From a virus, in IMG/VR virus record IMGVR_UViG_3300028837_001398, positions 1 to 64,000 of that record: DNA of 64,000 nucleotides. One strand, given 5' to 3'. Made by a program: the position numbers and the translations under genes. Positions within the stretch are counted from its first letter, which is position 1. The number at the start of each line of letters is the position of its first letter. The notes beneath the pieces were generated by a model that was not told the DNA's origin, made no database searches, and was given only the letters and a program-made list of their open reading frames with translations. Below are positions 44,412 through 52,970 of the stretch, in pieces.

Positions 44412-46081
44412 GCCGCGCCTCCCATTGCCAATACCGGCTGCTCCAACCAGTGCGCCAACCTCGCCTCGGCTATGCGGACGTACTCCTCTTCCCTCTCGCA
44501 CCCCAGGAATCGGAACCCCTCCTGCCCCGCCGCTATCAGCGTGGAACCAGAGCCGGCGAACGGGTCAAGAACAACCCCGCCGGGAGGCGTCACCAACCGG
44601 CAGAGCCAGCGCATGAGGGCGAGGGGCTTGACGGTGGGGTGGTGGTTCTCCTCACACCCCGCCTCCCTCTCCTTCCTGCTCGCCTTGGCGCAGTAGAAGA
44701 AGCGGGAGGGGCCGCCGGTGTCCAGATTCCGTTCAGGGGCCACCTTCCCAGACCATCCGTTGCCATAGATCGTATAGCCACCTGGTTCTATGTTTTGCCG
44801 ATCAGGGAACCGCCCGCGATGCCGCTCCCCCACAACCTCATCCATCTGCCGCCCCGCCTCCTCGTCCAGCACGAGGTTCGCAGGCCAGCGGCCGGAGGGG
44901 TGTGGCGAAGTACGGTACTCCTCACCGCCTGGTGATGCGTTGAAGGTTCGCCCGCTCTGGCAGTCCTTATTGCTAGTCCCCCAAACCCCACTACCCTTCG
45001 TTCCTTCCACCCGGCATCCATCCACGTTCACCGCACCCGTCCCCCACCGCAGCACGTTCGCCGCTACAGTCTTCTCCGAGAGCGGCTTGCGGGCGACGCA
45101 GATCAGTTCCATCGCTGGCTTGAGGGCGGTCCCCCAGCCGGACCATTGGGCGGCTTCGGGGGTGGCGGGGACGGTGATGGGAAGTTCTGACGGGCCATCG
45201 CTTGTAAACGCGACGCCGCGCTGCGCTTTGCGATAGCCAATGACCTCGCGCTCATATTCAAGGAACTTAGCTGGGTGTTCTATGTCCTCAGATACACCGA
45301 GCAACTGCTTGAGGATTGCCCAGTCTGCAGGCGTAGGTATCTGTGGCTGACTGTTATCGAGGTAGTGCGATGCCTTATGACTGTTGACATTCCCCAATGC
45401 AGCATCTATGTCCCGATACCGTAGCTTGCATTGCTTGACTCGCTCGCGAAGCCAGGCGCGCACCTCATCAAACCGCGCATTCGGTCCGCCCTGTTTGTCT
45501 ATCGCCTTGCTCACGTCTAGGCTCTTGGGAAATCCTGAGCCGTACACCCACGCTATCGTGTCCCTGATCTCGAAGCCCGCGTCCTCGATGGCGCAGACGA
45601 GGCGGTGGTAGGTGCGAGTGCCGCCGAATGCGAGGAGGTGGGCACCAGGCTTGAGGACGCGGTAGACCTCGGCTGCCCACCGGTGGTGCCAAGATTGCAT
45701 CGCCGAAAGTTGGCGGTGATAGCCCGCACCAGTCATGTCATTCGGCAGGCCTTCATTCTCGGGATTGCGCCGCTTACCTATCGCCTTCCAGTGGTCGTGC
45801 GGTTGTGGGCAAGTACACTTCTTAGCACCCCGGAGCCGACCGCCGCACTCAGCGCAGGTAGGATTTGCCGCACCGAATCGGGAGGTAGACGAGAAAGAAA
45901 CCCATTCAGTTTGCCGTTCACCGATCCCCGGCTTCGAGAACCCGCCCCCAGCGTGCCAACCGAGCTTGTCCCAATCCTTGCCCATGAACTCCAAGCCATA
46001 GGGCGGATCGGTGACGCAGGACTCGCAGGAGTCAGCCTCCAGCGTCGGCAGCCACTCTAGGCAGTCGGCGTGTGCTATCAC
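44408..46081 (-). CDS. N4/N6 DNA methyltransferase (beta class) with Zn-finger and HTH insertions
   Basis: VTDPPY, GFEIRD.I.W.YGSGFPKS, HPTVKP, LDPFAGSGST. Confidence 0.93.
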   Translation of the reverse strand: MIAHADCLEWLPTLEADSCESCVTDPPYGLEFMGKDWDKLGWHAGGGFSKPGIGERQTEWVSFSSTSRFGAANPTCAECGGRLRGAKKCTCPQPHDHWKAIGKRRNPENEGLPNDMTGAGYHRQLSAMQSWHHRWAAEVYRVLKPGAHLLAFGGTRTYHRLVCAIEDAGFEIRDTIAWVYGSGFPKSLDVSKAIDKQGGPNARFDEVRAWLRERVKQCKLRYRDIDAALGNVNSHKASHYLDNSQPQIPTPADWAILKQLLGVSEDIEHPAKFLEYEREVIGYRKAQRGVAFTSDGPSELPITVPATPEAAQWSGWGTALKPAMELICVARKPLSEKTVAANVLRWGTGAVNVDGCRVEGTKGSGVWGTSNKDCQSGRTFNASPGGEEYRTSPHPSGRWPANLVLDEEAGRQMDEVVGERHRGRFPDRQNIEPGGYTIYGNGWSGKVAPERNLDTGGPSRFFYCAKASRKEREAGCEENHHPTVKPLALMRWLCRLVTPPGGVVLDPFAGSGSTLIAAGQEGFRFLGCEREEEYVRIAEARLAHWLEQPVLAMGGAA

Positions 46082-46085
46082 GGGG

Positions 46086-47537
46086 TCAACCCCACCCGAT
46101 CCGGAACGGAGGTGCCTCTTCGTCCTGAAGCATCAGGGCCCACAATGCCCAGACCAGAGCGTCTAACCGATCTGGGCTGTGTGCTCCCTCGTAGCCGTTC
46201 GCGGTCATGTGCATGAGCTGATACTCAAGATCCTCGAACCTGCCCACATGGTGCACACGGCCTTGCTCGTACAGGGAAGCCACAGGCTCAGCCCGCCGCT
46301 CTTTGCCCCGACTTGCATTCACCTTCTTGTACCGCACGTTCCTGTCAACTGTGCGAATATTGACCTCGACGAGATCCCCCCCGTTGTTGGCCTCGCCAAC
46401 GATGCAGTCCCCTCCGTACCGACCCATCGCATCGACCGCGCGTTGCGCCCACGTATTCGGAGAGAAGACCCCACTGCGGTCGGACAGAACATAGCCGTGT
46501 CCGTCCACACCGAGCCCTGCAACTGCAATACCCGTCTCGTCCGACTCCGCATTGCTCGTCACCGCTGGGTCAATGGCCACCACGACTCGCTTCATCTCTG
46601 GCGCCGTCGATACGCGCAAATCATCCAGCATCGCCTGTGTCCACATGGCCCCCCGGACCTCTGCCTGCGGGTTCTGCTGATAGACTGCATCCCAGACGTG
46701 CCCGCGGGTTCCCGCCTTGATCGCGGCCAACGCTTCACTGCCGATCCGTTCGGGCCACAACGGCGCGCCAACCTCCCGGCCGAGAAGATCGTTCTCTTCC
46801 GCCTCTGCTGGCAGCCGCAACACCTCCCAATGCTCACCCCCGTTTGCCTCATCCGCCATAAGCCAACCTGGGAAGTCCCACACGTCATACCGCGTACAAA
46901 CCACCACAATGGGCCCGTTCGGCACACGTGGACGGAAGATCGGTTGGTACCAATGCTCGAAGAGCTGGCGCGTGTGCTTGCGGTTCCGGGCATCTATCTC
47001 TGTCTTGTGCGGGTCGTCGATGATTGCGATCTCTGCACCGTGTCCCGGCAACGGTCCCCCGACACCCGAAGCGTGCAGACGCCCCCGGTGGCCTGCGATC
47101 TCCCAATGACTGACGGCATACGATTCCTGCGATACCTTGATGCCGAAGAGCTCTTCGCCCACATCCTCCATGGTGCGGCGAGCATCCCGAGAGAGCGAAT
47201 GGGCCAGGTCGGCGGTGTGGCACGTCAGAATCATGCGACGGTCTGGATTCCGGCCCATGGCATAGCAGGGGAAGTTCCGGCTCACAATGTCGCTCTTCCC
47301 GTGCTGTGAGGGGATGCACACGATCAACCGCAGGATCTCGCCTCGCTCTACGGCTTCGAGGTATTCACACAGGAGCAGATGGACCTTCGAGGGTTGCCAG
47401 GCGCCAGCGCTGGAATACGTGATAAAGTCCGCGAGTCCCCGGCGCGCCCCTCGCCGGTTCAACTCGAGTCGGGCCGCTGCTCGGGCCTCCAGTTCAGCGC
47501 GGCTTAGCTCCTTCGGCAATCGCTTTGAGTTCGTCAT
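46086..47537 (-). CDS. terL: terminase large subunit
   Basis: PSQHGKS Walker A, IIDDP Walker B, YQQNP, AIDPA, SPDRLDA. Confidence 0.93.
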   Translation of the reverse strand: MTNSKRLPKELSRAELEARAAARLELNRRGARRGLADFITYSSAGAWQPSKVHLLLCEYLEAVERGEILRLIVCIPSQHGKSDIVSRNFPCYAMGRNPDRRMILTCHTADLAHSLSRDARRTMEDVGEELFGIKVSQESYAVSHWEIAGHRGRLHASGVGGPLPGHGAEIAIIDDPHKTEIDARNRKHTRQLFEHWYQPIFRPRVPNGPIVVVCTRYDVWDFPGWLMADEANGGEHWEVLRLPAEAEENDLLGREVGAPLWPERIGSEALAAIKAGTRGHVWDAVYQQNPQAEVRGAMWTQAMLDDLRVSTAPEMKRVVVAIDPAVTSNAESDETGIAVAGLGVDGHGYVLSDRSGVFSPNTWAQRAVDAMGRYGGDCIVGEANNGGDLVEVNIRTVDRNVRYKKVNASRGKERRAEPVASLYEQGRVHHVGRFEDLEYQLMHMTANGYEGAHSPDRLDALVWALWALMLQDEEAPPFRIGWG

Positions 47538-48081
47538 CGCTGTATCCGCTAAGCTCGCGGTGCTCAATGGGACCTCCATCCTTGCCCGTGTGCTCGTAAC
47601 GGCTAGAGTCCCGCCATCGATCTGGAAGCCTGTTCTTCAGGTAGAAAATCTGCGCAGTTGTGTCCGGGAGAACGGTCTTCGTGACCTTCTCCCGCCGCAC
47701 CACACGGGGCACGTTCTTCTTGACATCCAGTTCGACGACCTCCCTAGTCTCCTCGTAGGTGTAACCCAGCGCTCGACGGTATAGGGCGCCCTCTACCCGT
47801 AGATCCACCTCCTGCTTGCTCTCCTTTAGGGCTTCGGCCAACTCGGGGTGAAGGCGGATTACCTCGTAGAAGTAGGTCGCGGAGTAGCCCAGAGCCTCGG
47901 CTATCTGGGCATTGGTGCATCCTTGCCGAGCAAGTTGGCGCGCTATCTCGACCGAACGCTCCCCCTGCCATTTGCTACGGTTCCCCCTCCGCTTCCCCTT
48001 AGCCTCGGCTTTCGGCTTCTCCCCATCGCCTGCCGGGGGATTCTCGGCCGCAGTCTGTTCAGCTTTGTCCTCGTCTGCCAT
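47494..48081 (-). CDS. terS: terminase small subunit
   Basis: HTH; VEGALYRRALGY; PDTTAQIFYLKNR.PD.WRD; TGKDGGPI. Confidence 0.9.
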   Translation of the reverse strand: MADEDKAEQTAAENPPAGDGEKPKAEAKGKRRGNRSKWQGERSVEIARQLARQGCTNAQIAEALGYSATYFYEVIRLHPELAEALKESKQEVDLRVEGALYRRALGYTYEETREVVELDVKKNVPRVVRREKVTKTVLPDTTAQIFYLKNRLPDRWRDSSRYEHTGKDGGPIEHRELSGYSDDELKAIAEGAKPR

Positions 48082-48115
48082 AGCGCCTTTCGCTCACTAT
48101 CCCGGCCTCGCCCAA

Positions 48116-48185
48116 CCAAAAGCCAAGCGCCCAGGGACACTATTCCCTGAGCGCGTCTGCGGTTGTTCCGCTTCGCCCGCCTGGT
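48116..48185 (-). promoter_or_regulatory. attenuator-like leader RNA before terS (repeat copy 2)
   Basis: Near-copy of 41086-41155. Confidence 0.75.
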
Positions 48186-48278
48186 TATGTCGGCTGGCCT
48201 CCCAACTCAACCTCGGCCCTGGGTTTTTCCTTTCAGCCTCGGCATCAACGCTGGTCCGCCATGCTGATTGTCAGTCTG

Positions 48279-48309
48279 ACTATACCATTTTAGGGTACGA
48301 CGTTGTCAA
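48279..48309 (-). promoter_or_regulatory. promoter with 19-bp spacer upstream of terS
   Basis: TTGACA-19bp-TATAGT, with TGG before the -10. Confidence 0.6.
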
Positions 48310-48325
48310 GGGCGTTGAAAGGGGA

Positions 48326-48401
48326 TGGAGCGGGGCACGGGACTCGAACCCGGGGCCTTCAGTCTGGAAGACTGATGCTCTACCATCTGAGCTATCCCCG
48401 C
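48326..48401 (-). tRNA. tRNA-Gly(TCC) with mismatched 7:66 and 49:65 pairs
   Basis: GCGGGGA-TA-GCTC-AGATGGTA-GAGC-A-TCAGT-CTTCCAG-ACTGA-AGGCC-CCGGG-TTCGAGT-CCCGT-GCCCCGC-TCCA. Confidence 0.9.
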
Positions 48402-48439
48402 TCAGCCACAGAACCCTACCATGCCACAGGGGTATTGTG

Positions 48440-49390
48440 TCAAGGTTTCGGCACCGCCAGGTAGCTCTGGGCCCATTGGGCCAGAGCGGATGCCCTGTCG
48501 CCACCATCAAGTTCGCCCCGGGCCTGCATCACATCCAGGGCCTTGGCGATCACTGCGGCATCTTTGGGTTTGAGTCGATCCTTCCCGAGGACGCTAGCCA
48601 GCGGTACAGGGTGCCCGTGTTTGGGCTCACCCGTCTCTGTATCCCGCCACCCCTCCTCAAGGTCTCCCCGATGCTGCTCGAAGACATCCAGCAGAATCAT
48701 CAGCGCCGTCGCGCCATTGGTGAGGTCATTTGCCGCCCTCACCTCATCCAGATCATCCAGGAAGCGATCATACTCTGATACCCGGGCCAGAATGGTATGA
48801 TCAGGTTTCGGCAACGCAGACAGCCCCTTGAGAACATCTTTCAGCCTCTCTATCTCTTCTGGCAGAAAAGCGAAGGTCACCACGAGCAGATCCAGGTTGG
48901 CTTCGCTCAGACCGGCCAAGGCCACCTTCTCCATCTCGTCCAGAACCTTCGAGTCCAGGCCGGCATATTGCTTGAGCTCCATTGCCTCGATCTCCTCGTA
49001 CAGGCTCCGCAGGATGGCCATGTCATCCTCACCCGCCAAGGCATTGTGCGATAGCTGTACAGCAACTTGCTCCTCTCGCGTCAGGTCCGCCTCGGTGTAA
49101 AGAACCAGCACCTCTGCCAGGCCGGCTTCCCGCGCCGCCATGACCCGATGATTGCCAGACATCGCTCGAAACGTCCCTTCCGGTGTGCGACAGCAGAAGG
49201 GGACTGAGGTCAGGGCGCCATCGCGGCGGATGTTGTCCACGAGGTTGCGGAAGGTCTCGTTCCGCATGAACCGAGCATTCTTCTCGAGTAGCTCGATGCT
49301 CCCAACCGGCACTATGGCCAGCTTGAGCCCCTTGGGCAGCCGCTTGTTGATCTCCCCTACGTCATCTTCCCGTGCTTCTCCATCCACCAT
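48440..49390 (-). CDS. ParB/Srx N-terminal domain protein (DNA-modification-cluster type)
   Basis: NARFM...L..NI..DG; SGNHRVMAA; LSHNALAGEDD. Confidence 0.85.
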   Translation of the reverse strand: MVDGEAREDDVGEINKRLPKGLKLAIVPVGSIELLEKNARFMRNETFRNLVDNIRRDGALTSVPFCCRTPEGTFRAMSGNHRVMAAREAGLAEVLVLYTEADLTREEQVAVQLSHNALAGEDDMAILRSLYEEIEAMELKQYAGLDSKVLDEMEKVALAGLSEANLDLLVVTFAFLPEEIERLKDVLKGLSALPKPDHTILARVSEYDRFLDDLDEVRAANDLTNGATALMILLDVFEQHRGDLEEGWRDTETGEPKHGHPVPLASVLGKDRLKPKDAAVIAKALDVMQARGELDGGDRASALAQWAQSYLAVPKP

Positions 49391-50667
49391 GACAGAGCTT
49401 CCTCCAGTGACCACCGGCCCGCCCCTGCTTGATAGTTCAGGCGCGGCGGATTCTTCTTTCGGCTCAGGAGTTGAAACAGACCCCGATACTTTGAGGATAC
49501 GGGCCTTTCCGTGAATGCCGTTGTGCCTATTCTGCTCACCCGTCCAGAGAAGTGTTGCTGCAAGTAAATCTGCACCTCTGTGCTCAAGGCGACCGCCAGA
49601 ATCAGCTTCGCTAGCCGCGGGTAGATCGTGGGGCGCACCGGGAAGTCCGAAAGCATGTAGATTCGGCCGACCTCACGCCGGACGAAGTGGCCGATGAACC
49701 CCATAGAGCCGATGATCTTCCCGTTTGCCAGCACCGCCAACGAGGCGGTTGGCTTCACCGGGACTATCCCGGGATTCAGATAAAGACTCCGCAACTCATT
49801 GAACTGTGCCGCGCTCAGACCGGCAATAGACAGCCTTGTGTGTTCTGCGATCCGCAACGCTTCATCCGCTATCAGCGTCCCCGCCCCCTCCGTCTTCTGC
49901 ACCGGGGATGCCAGCCAACGCCGGCCCGACGAGTTCCCGTATACCCACAGTGGCTTGGAACGCGCCGAACTCTGCATGATCGCCACGGCCTCGCCCAGGT
50001 CCGGCTGAGGTTCATCTCGAGCGATCAGCCAGTAGGGCCGCTTCACCAACTGCGCCCGCACCAAAGCCATGCGCTGTTCGTCGAAGATCTCATAGCTCGG
50101 CTCGTCCCAGTCGAACACGGCCTCCATCGACCTGTAGATGCGCTCATATCCGCCGCGATATGTGGGAGGGAATGTGATGAATCCTGCGTCAACAGGAGCC
50201 TGCTCGAGCCAGTCCAAAACATCCCCGGCCCAGAACCGCTTCAAATGCACGGTGCCCGCGGTCAGTTCTATCTTCTGCAACGTTTCAGCGTGCAGCCGCT
50301 TCCACTGCGCCTTGTATGCCTGCCGCTGCCTCTGGTAGTAGGGGGCAGTCTTCCCGTAGCCCCCGAGCAGTTGGGTTGAGAGCAGGATAGTGGCAACCGC
50401 GGATGCTGGATAGCCCAGCCACGGAGAGAGCCACTCATACTCTGGATCCCGCACCTCAATGCGGAAAGGCTGTCCAGCGAGGTAACTGCCCACGCAGCAG
50501 CTATACAGGCTAACATCGTTGCCGCTCAACTCATACCCGAGCGGCGCCAAGGACCGCTCTACCGTGAAGTTCCCCGAACACCCCACGTACACTGAAGGGA
50601 CAGACCACCCTTTCACCGATGTGACGATGACCGACCGCAGGTCTGCCCCTACCGATCCAATGAACAT
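49357..50667 (-). CDS. adenine-MTase-like plus GNAT (Mom-like) fusion protein
   Basis: N-half YVGCSGNF / GNDVS / FPPTY (degenerate motifs I, II, IV); C-half LAVLANGKIIGSMGF, YMLSDF, RLAKLI, TTAFT, SKYRG in GNAT strand order; SD before MFIGSV. Confidence 0.65.
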   Translation of the reverse strand: MFIGSVGADLRSVIVTSVKGWSVPSVYVGCSGNFTVERSLAPLGYELSGNDVSLYSCCVGSYLAGQPFRIEVRDPEYEWLSPWLGYPASAVATILLSTQLLGGYGKTAPYYQRQRQAYKAQWKRLHAETLQKIELTAGTVHLKRFWAGDVLDWLEQAPVDAGFITFPPTYRGGYERIYRSMEAVFDWDEPSYEIFDEQRMALVRAQLVKRPYWLIARDEPQPDLGEAVAIMQSSARSKPLWVYGNSSGRRWLASPVQKTEGAGTLIADEALRIAEHTRLSIAGLSAAQFNELRSLYLNPGIVPVKPTASLAVLANGKIIGSMGFIGHFVRREVGRIYMLSDFPVRPTIYPRLAKLILAVALSTEVQIYLQQHFSGRVSRIGTTAFTERPVSSKYRGLFQLLSRKKNPPRLNYQAGAGRWSLEEALSWWMEKHGKMT

Positions 50668-50680
50668 TTCACCCTCGCGG

Positions 50681-51100
50681 TTATCCTGCCCAGGGGAGCT
50701 CCTGATATGCCGGCACCGCACTCCGCTCGCACCCCCACTCCGGGACCGTGATGCCCAACTCCGTCTCGAGCCACTCCGCTACGAGTCGGCGATGGCACGC
50801 AACGCCCCGCTTCTCCCAGCACAGCAATACCACGTCCCCCTTCGGCAGTCTCTTCACGATATCCGATGCTTCCAGCGCCGCCAGCTTCTTCGCCATGTGT
50901 TGGTCGTACACCCCTTGATCAGACTGCTTGACCATGTTCGGGTCTGGAGCCAGCGCAATCATTCTGCCGAGTCGCCACCCACGGGGAGGCCACCTGGCGA
51001 TCGACACCTGTGCAAGCCCTTCAGGAAACCGCCGACACATTCCGAAGTAACTGGTCCAGATGCGCCTAACTTTACGGCTACGCTTCCCTGAATCCACCAT
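50681..51100 (-). CDS. DUF488-family protein
   Basis: TSYF, SIAR.PP, LAP, LLCWEK...CHRRLVAEWL. Confidence 0.85.
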   Translation of the reverse strand: MVDSGKRSRKVRRIWTSYFGMCRRFPEGLAQVSIARWPPRGWRLGRMIALAPDPNMVKQSDQGVYDQHMAKKLAALEASDIVKRLPKGDVVLLCWEKRGVACHRRLVAEWLETELGITVPEWGCERSAVPAYQELPWAG

Positions 51101-52004
51101 CCCCTCCTCGTCCCGACACCAACGATGTTAGCCGGCGCCGTTCTAGTTCCTTCGCCAATGCCTGCTCGACCTGCCCGAACCATTGCTTCAGATTCCGAAC
51201 CTTCCCCAGGTCCAATTCGACTGCGTTCGTAAGGAGTTTCGCGCTCACCCTCTGCAGTCTCTCGTCCCATGTCGTGGCGAGCAGATCCGATACCTTGTCT
51301 AGCGCGGCCAGGAACCGCACCCGTGACTTCTGCTCCTCCTCGCTCAGAACCCGGACCGTGAACAGAGCATCTTGGTCCTGTGATCCCCCAACCATGCCAG
51401 GATTCCTCATGATCCTTACCAAGTGTCCCACTTCATGCTGCGTCAGCCCATTCCGAACAGCGTGCAGAGCCACCTTCATCTGTTCCTCGGGATCCTCCAC
51501 CTGCGCGATGAACCACGCTGCCCCCGGCCCCAGAGAACCCGAGATCACCAGCGCCCGCACCCCCTTCCCAAGCGAGCAGAGCTGGAGCTTGTCCCTCACA
51601 TACTGCACGCTCTTCCCCGTCGTCTCTGCGATGCTTTCCACTGTCATATCATAGGTGCCCCGCATGGTCGCGTACGCATCCGCTTCTTCGATCACGTTGA
51701 TGTCCTGTCGCTGGACATTCCCGACCACTGCCATCCGGTAGGCTTCTGCGTCCGTCGCCAATACAACGCGGCACGGAACCGTTGCTACCTTTGCCAGCTT
51801 CGCCGCTCGGAACCGCCGCTCGCCAGCGATGATCTCGAACCGGTGCCGCTGCCGCGGATGCGGGCGCACCACGAGATTCTGGAGAACCCCCTGCTCCAGG
51901 ATAGATGCGGCCAGCTTGCCCAAAGACTCCTCATCGAAGTTATGCCGGTGCTGGGTCGCGTTGGCATCGATGTCGCTCGTCGGGATCTGCTGGATACCTA
52001 CCAT
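51078..52004 (-). CDS. ParB/Spo0J-family protein
   Basis: LAASI.EQGVLQ.L.VR, IAGERRFRAA, N.QRQDIN.IEEA, HTH. Confidence 0.9.
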   Translation of the reverse strand: MVGIQQIPTSDIDANATQHRHNFDEESLGKLAASILEQGVLQNLVVRPHPRQRHRFEIIAGERRFRAAKLAKVATVPCRVVLATDAEAYRMAVVGNVQRQDINVIEEADAYATMRGTYDMTVESIAETTGKSVQYVRDKLQLCSLGKGVRALVISGSLGPGAAWFIAQVEDPEEQMKVALHAVRNGLTQHEVGHLVRIMRNPGMVGGSQDQDALFTVRVLSEEEQKSRVRFLAALDKVSDLLATTWDERLQRVSAKLLTNAVELDLGKVRNLKQWFGQVEQALAKELERRRLTSLVSGRGGDGGFREA

Positions 52005-52206
52005 GTCCCACCTTCCTCGCTCCAGGTCATCTGGTAGCGGGTCTGTGCCCTGTCCGCCCAGGCGTCCAGCCTGGGAATTGGCACTAGCGGCCTCCCATAA
52101 GGACAGTTGATTCGACGCCGGTCTGCCAGGGCTACCCTCATATCGTGGCGGAATCTCCTCACATCCTCGTGGTTCCCGAAGTTGTAAGGGGCTTTGCCGC
52201 GCCTAG
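51998..52206 (-). CDS. small hypothetical protein
   Basis: Operon context. Confidence 0.4.
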
Positions 52207-52412
52207 CCACGGTGCCCTCCTCGATCAACCATCGCCTGGGTGAGGGCCTCTTCCCTGCGGATCCGCCGCACCAGCGGAGGGCTCATGTCTATGTCGGAGC
52301 CGCCGCATTCCGGGCAGCCCTCGTCTCCGAACGCCGCCCGCTCAGCAGCCGCCACATTGGGGAAGGGATGTCCGCATTCCTGACAACGCCACCACCAATC
52401 CGAGTGTCTCAT
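52203..52412 (-). CDS. Zn-ribbon small protein
   Basis: CQECGH...GCPECGGSDID. Confidence 0.65.
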   Translation of the reverse strand: MRHSDWWWRCQECGHPFPNVAAAERAAFGDEGCPECGGSDIDMSPPLVRRIRREEALTQAMVDRGGHRG

Positions 52413-52457
52413 CTCGCTCCTCACTTCTGGGGTGTGCGGCCCCTTTCTTATGATAGT

Positions 52458-52486
52458 ATCATACCAAACAAGCCGTCTGTTGTCAA
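52458..52486 (-). promoter_or_regulatory. strong sigma70 promoter for the ParB/modification operon
   Basis: TTGACA-17bp-TATGAT with extended TG. Confidence 0.8.
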
Positions 52487-52579
52487 GGGTTTTTTACGGG
52501 GCTTGTGGTGCAGTTTAGGGGTGTTGGCGGGACGGGGTACTCCAGGGCATCGCGGAAACTGACGGGAATTGACGCGGGT

Positions 52580-52620
52580 CCAAAAGGTGGGTGCCCCTCC
52601 CCGCACGGAAAGGGCACCCG
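52580..52620 (-). terminator. terminator after the DUF2292-like gene
   Basis: GGGTGCCCTTTCCG...CGGGGAGGGGCACCC-ACCTTTTGG. Confidence 0.6.
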
Positions 52621-52691
52621 GTTCTCTCGTTGCGGAGGCTAGCGCCCCCGCGAGGAGCGAGAGACTTATGCTTTCGCCGAAGGAGCGCGGC

Positions 52692-52970
52692 CTACCTCCT
52701 CGGGTCCTTGCTCTTCCCGACCCCCAATCGAAACTTCTCCGTCGTCGCAACGCTGAGTTCGTGCTCGCCGATGATAGGTTCACCGTTCTCGATCTTCAGA
52801 TTGCGCACCGTGGCGAATGGATGCCCAGCGAACCAGTCCAGCAATGCCGCCTGGGCCGGGCTGACCCACCGGAGTTCGCCCGGCCCCAGGTCAATCCCCA
52901 GCGCGTCCATGAGATCCCGCAGCTTACGTTCCGCGATCTCTGTCACCGGCTTCGTCGCTCGCGTACTCAT
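52692..52970 (-). CDS. small DUF2292/YezD-like protein (paralogue)
   Basis: ELRWVSPAQAALLD...FATVRNLKIENGEPIIGE...EKFRL. Confidence 0.55.
   Translation of the reverse strand: MSTRATKPVTEIAERKLRDLMDALGIDLGPGELRWVSPAQAALLDWFAGHPFATVRNLKIENGEPIIGEHELSVATTEKFRLGVGKSKDPRR

Noticed and set aside
51078-52004. ParB as a plasmid-prophage partition system
   Set aside because: No ParA in the window, an integrase is present, and the context is a modification-type cluster; not fully excluded
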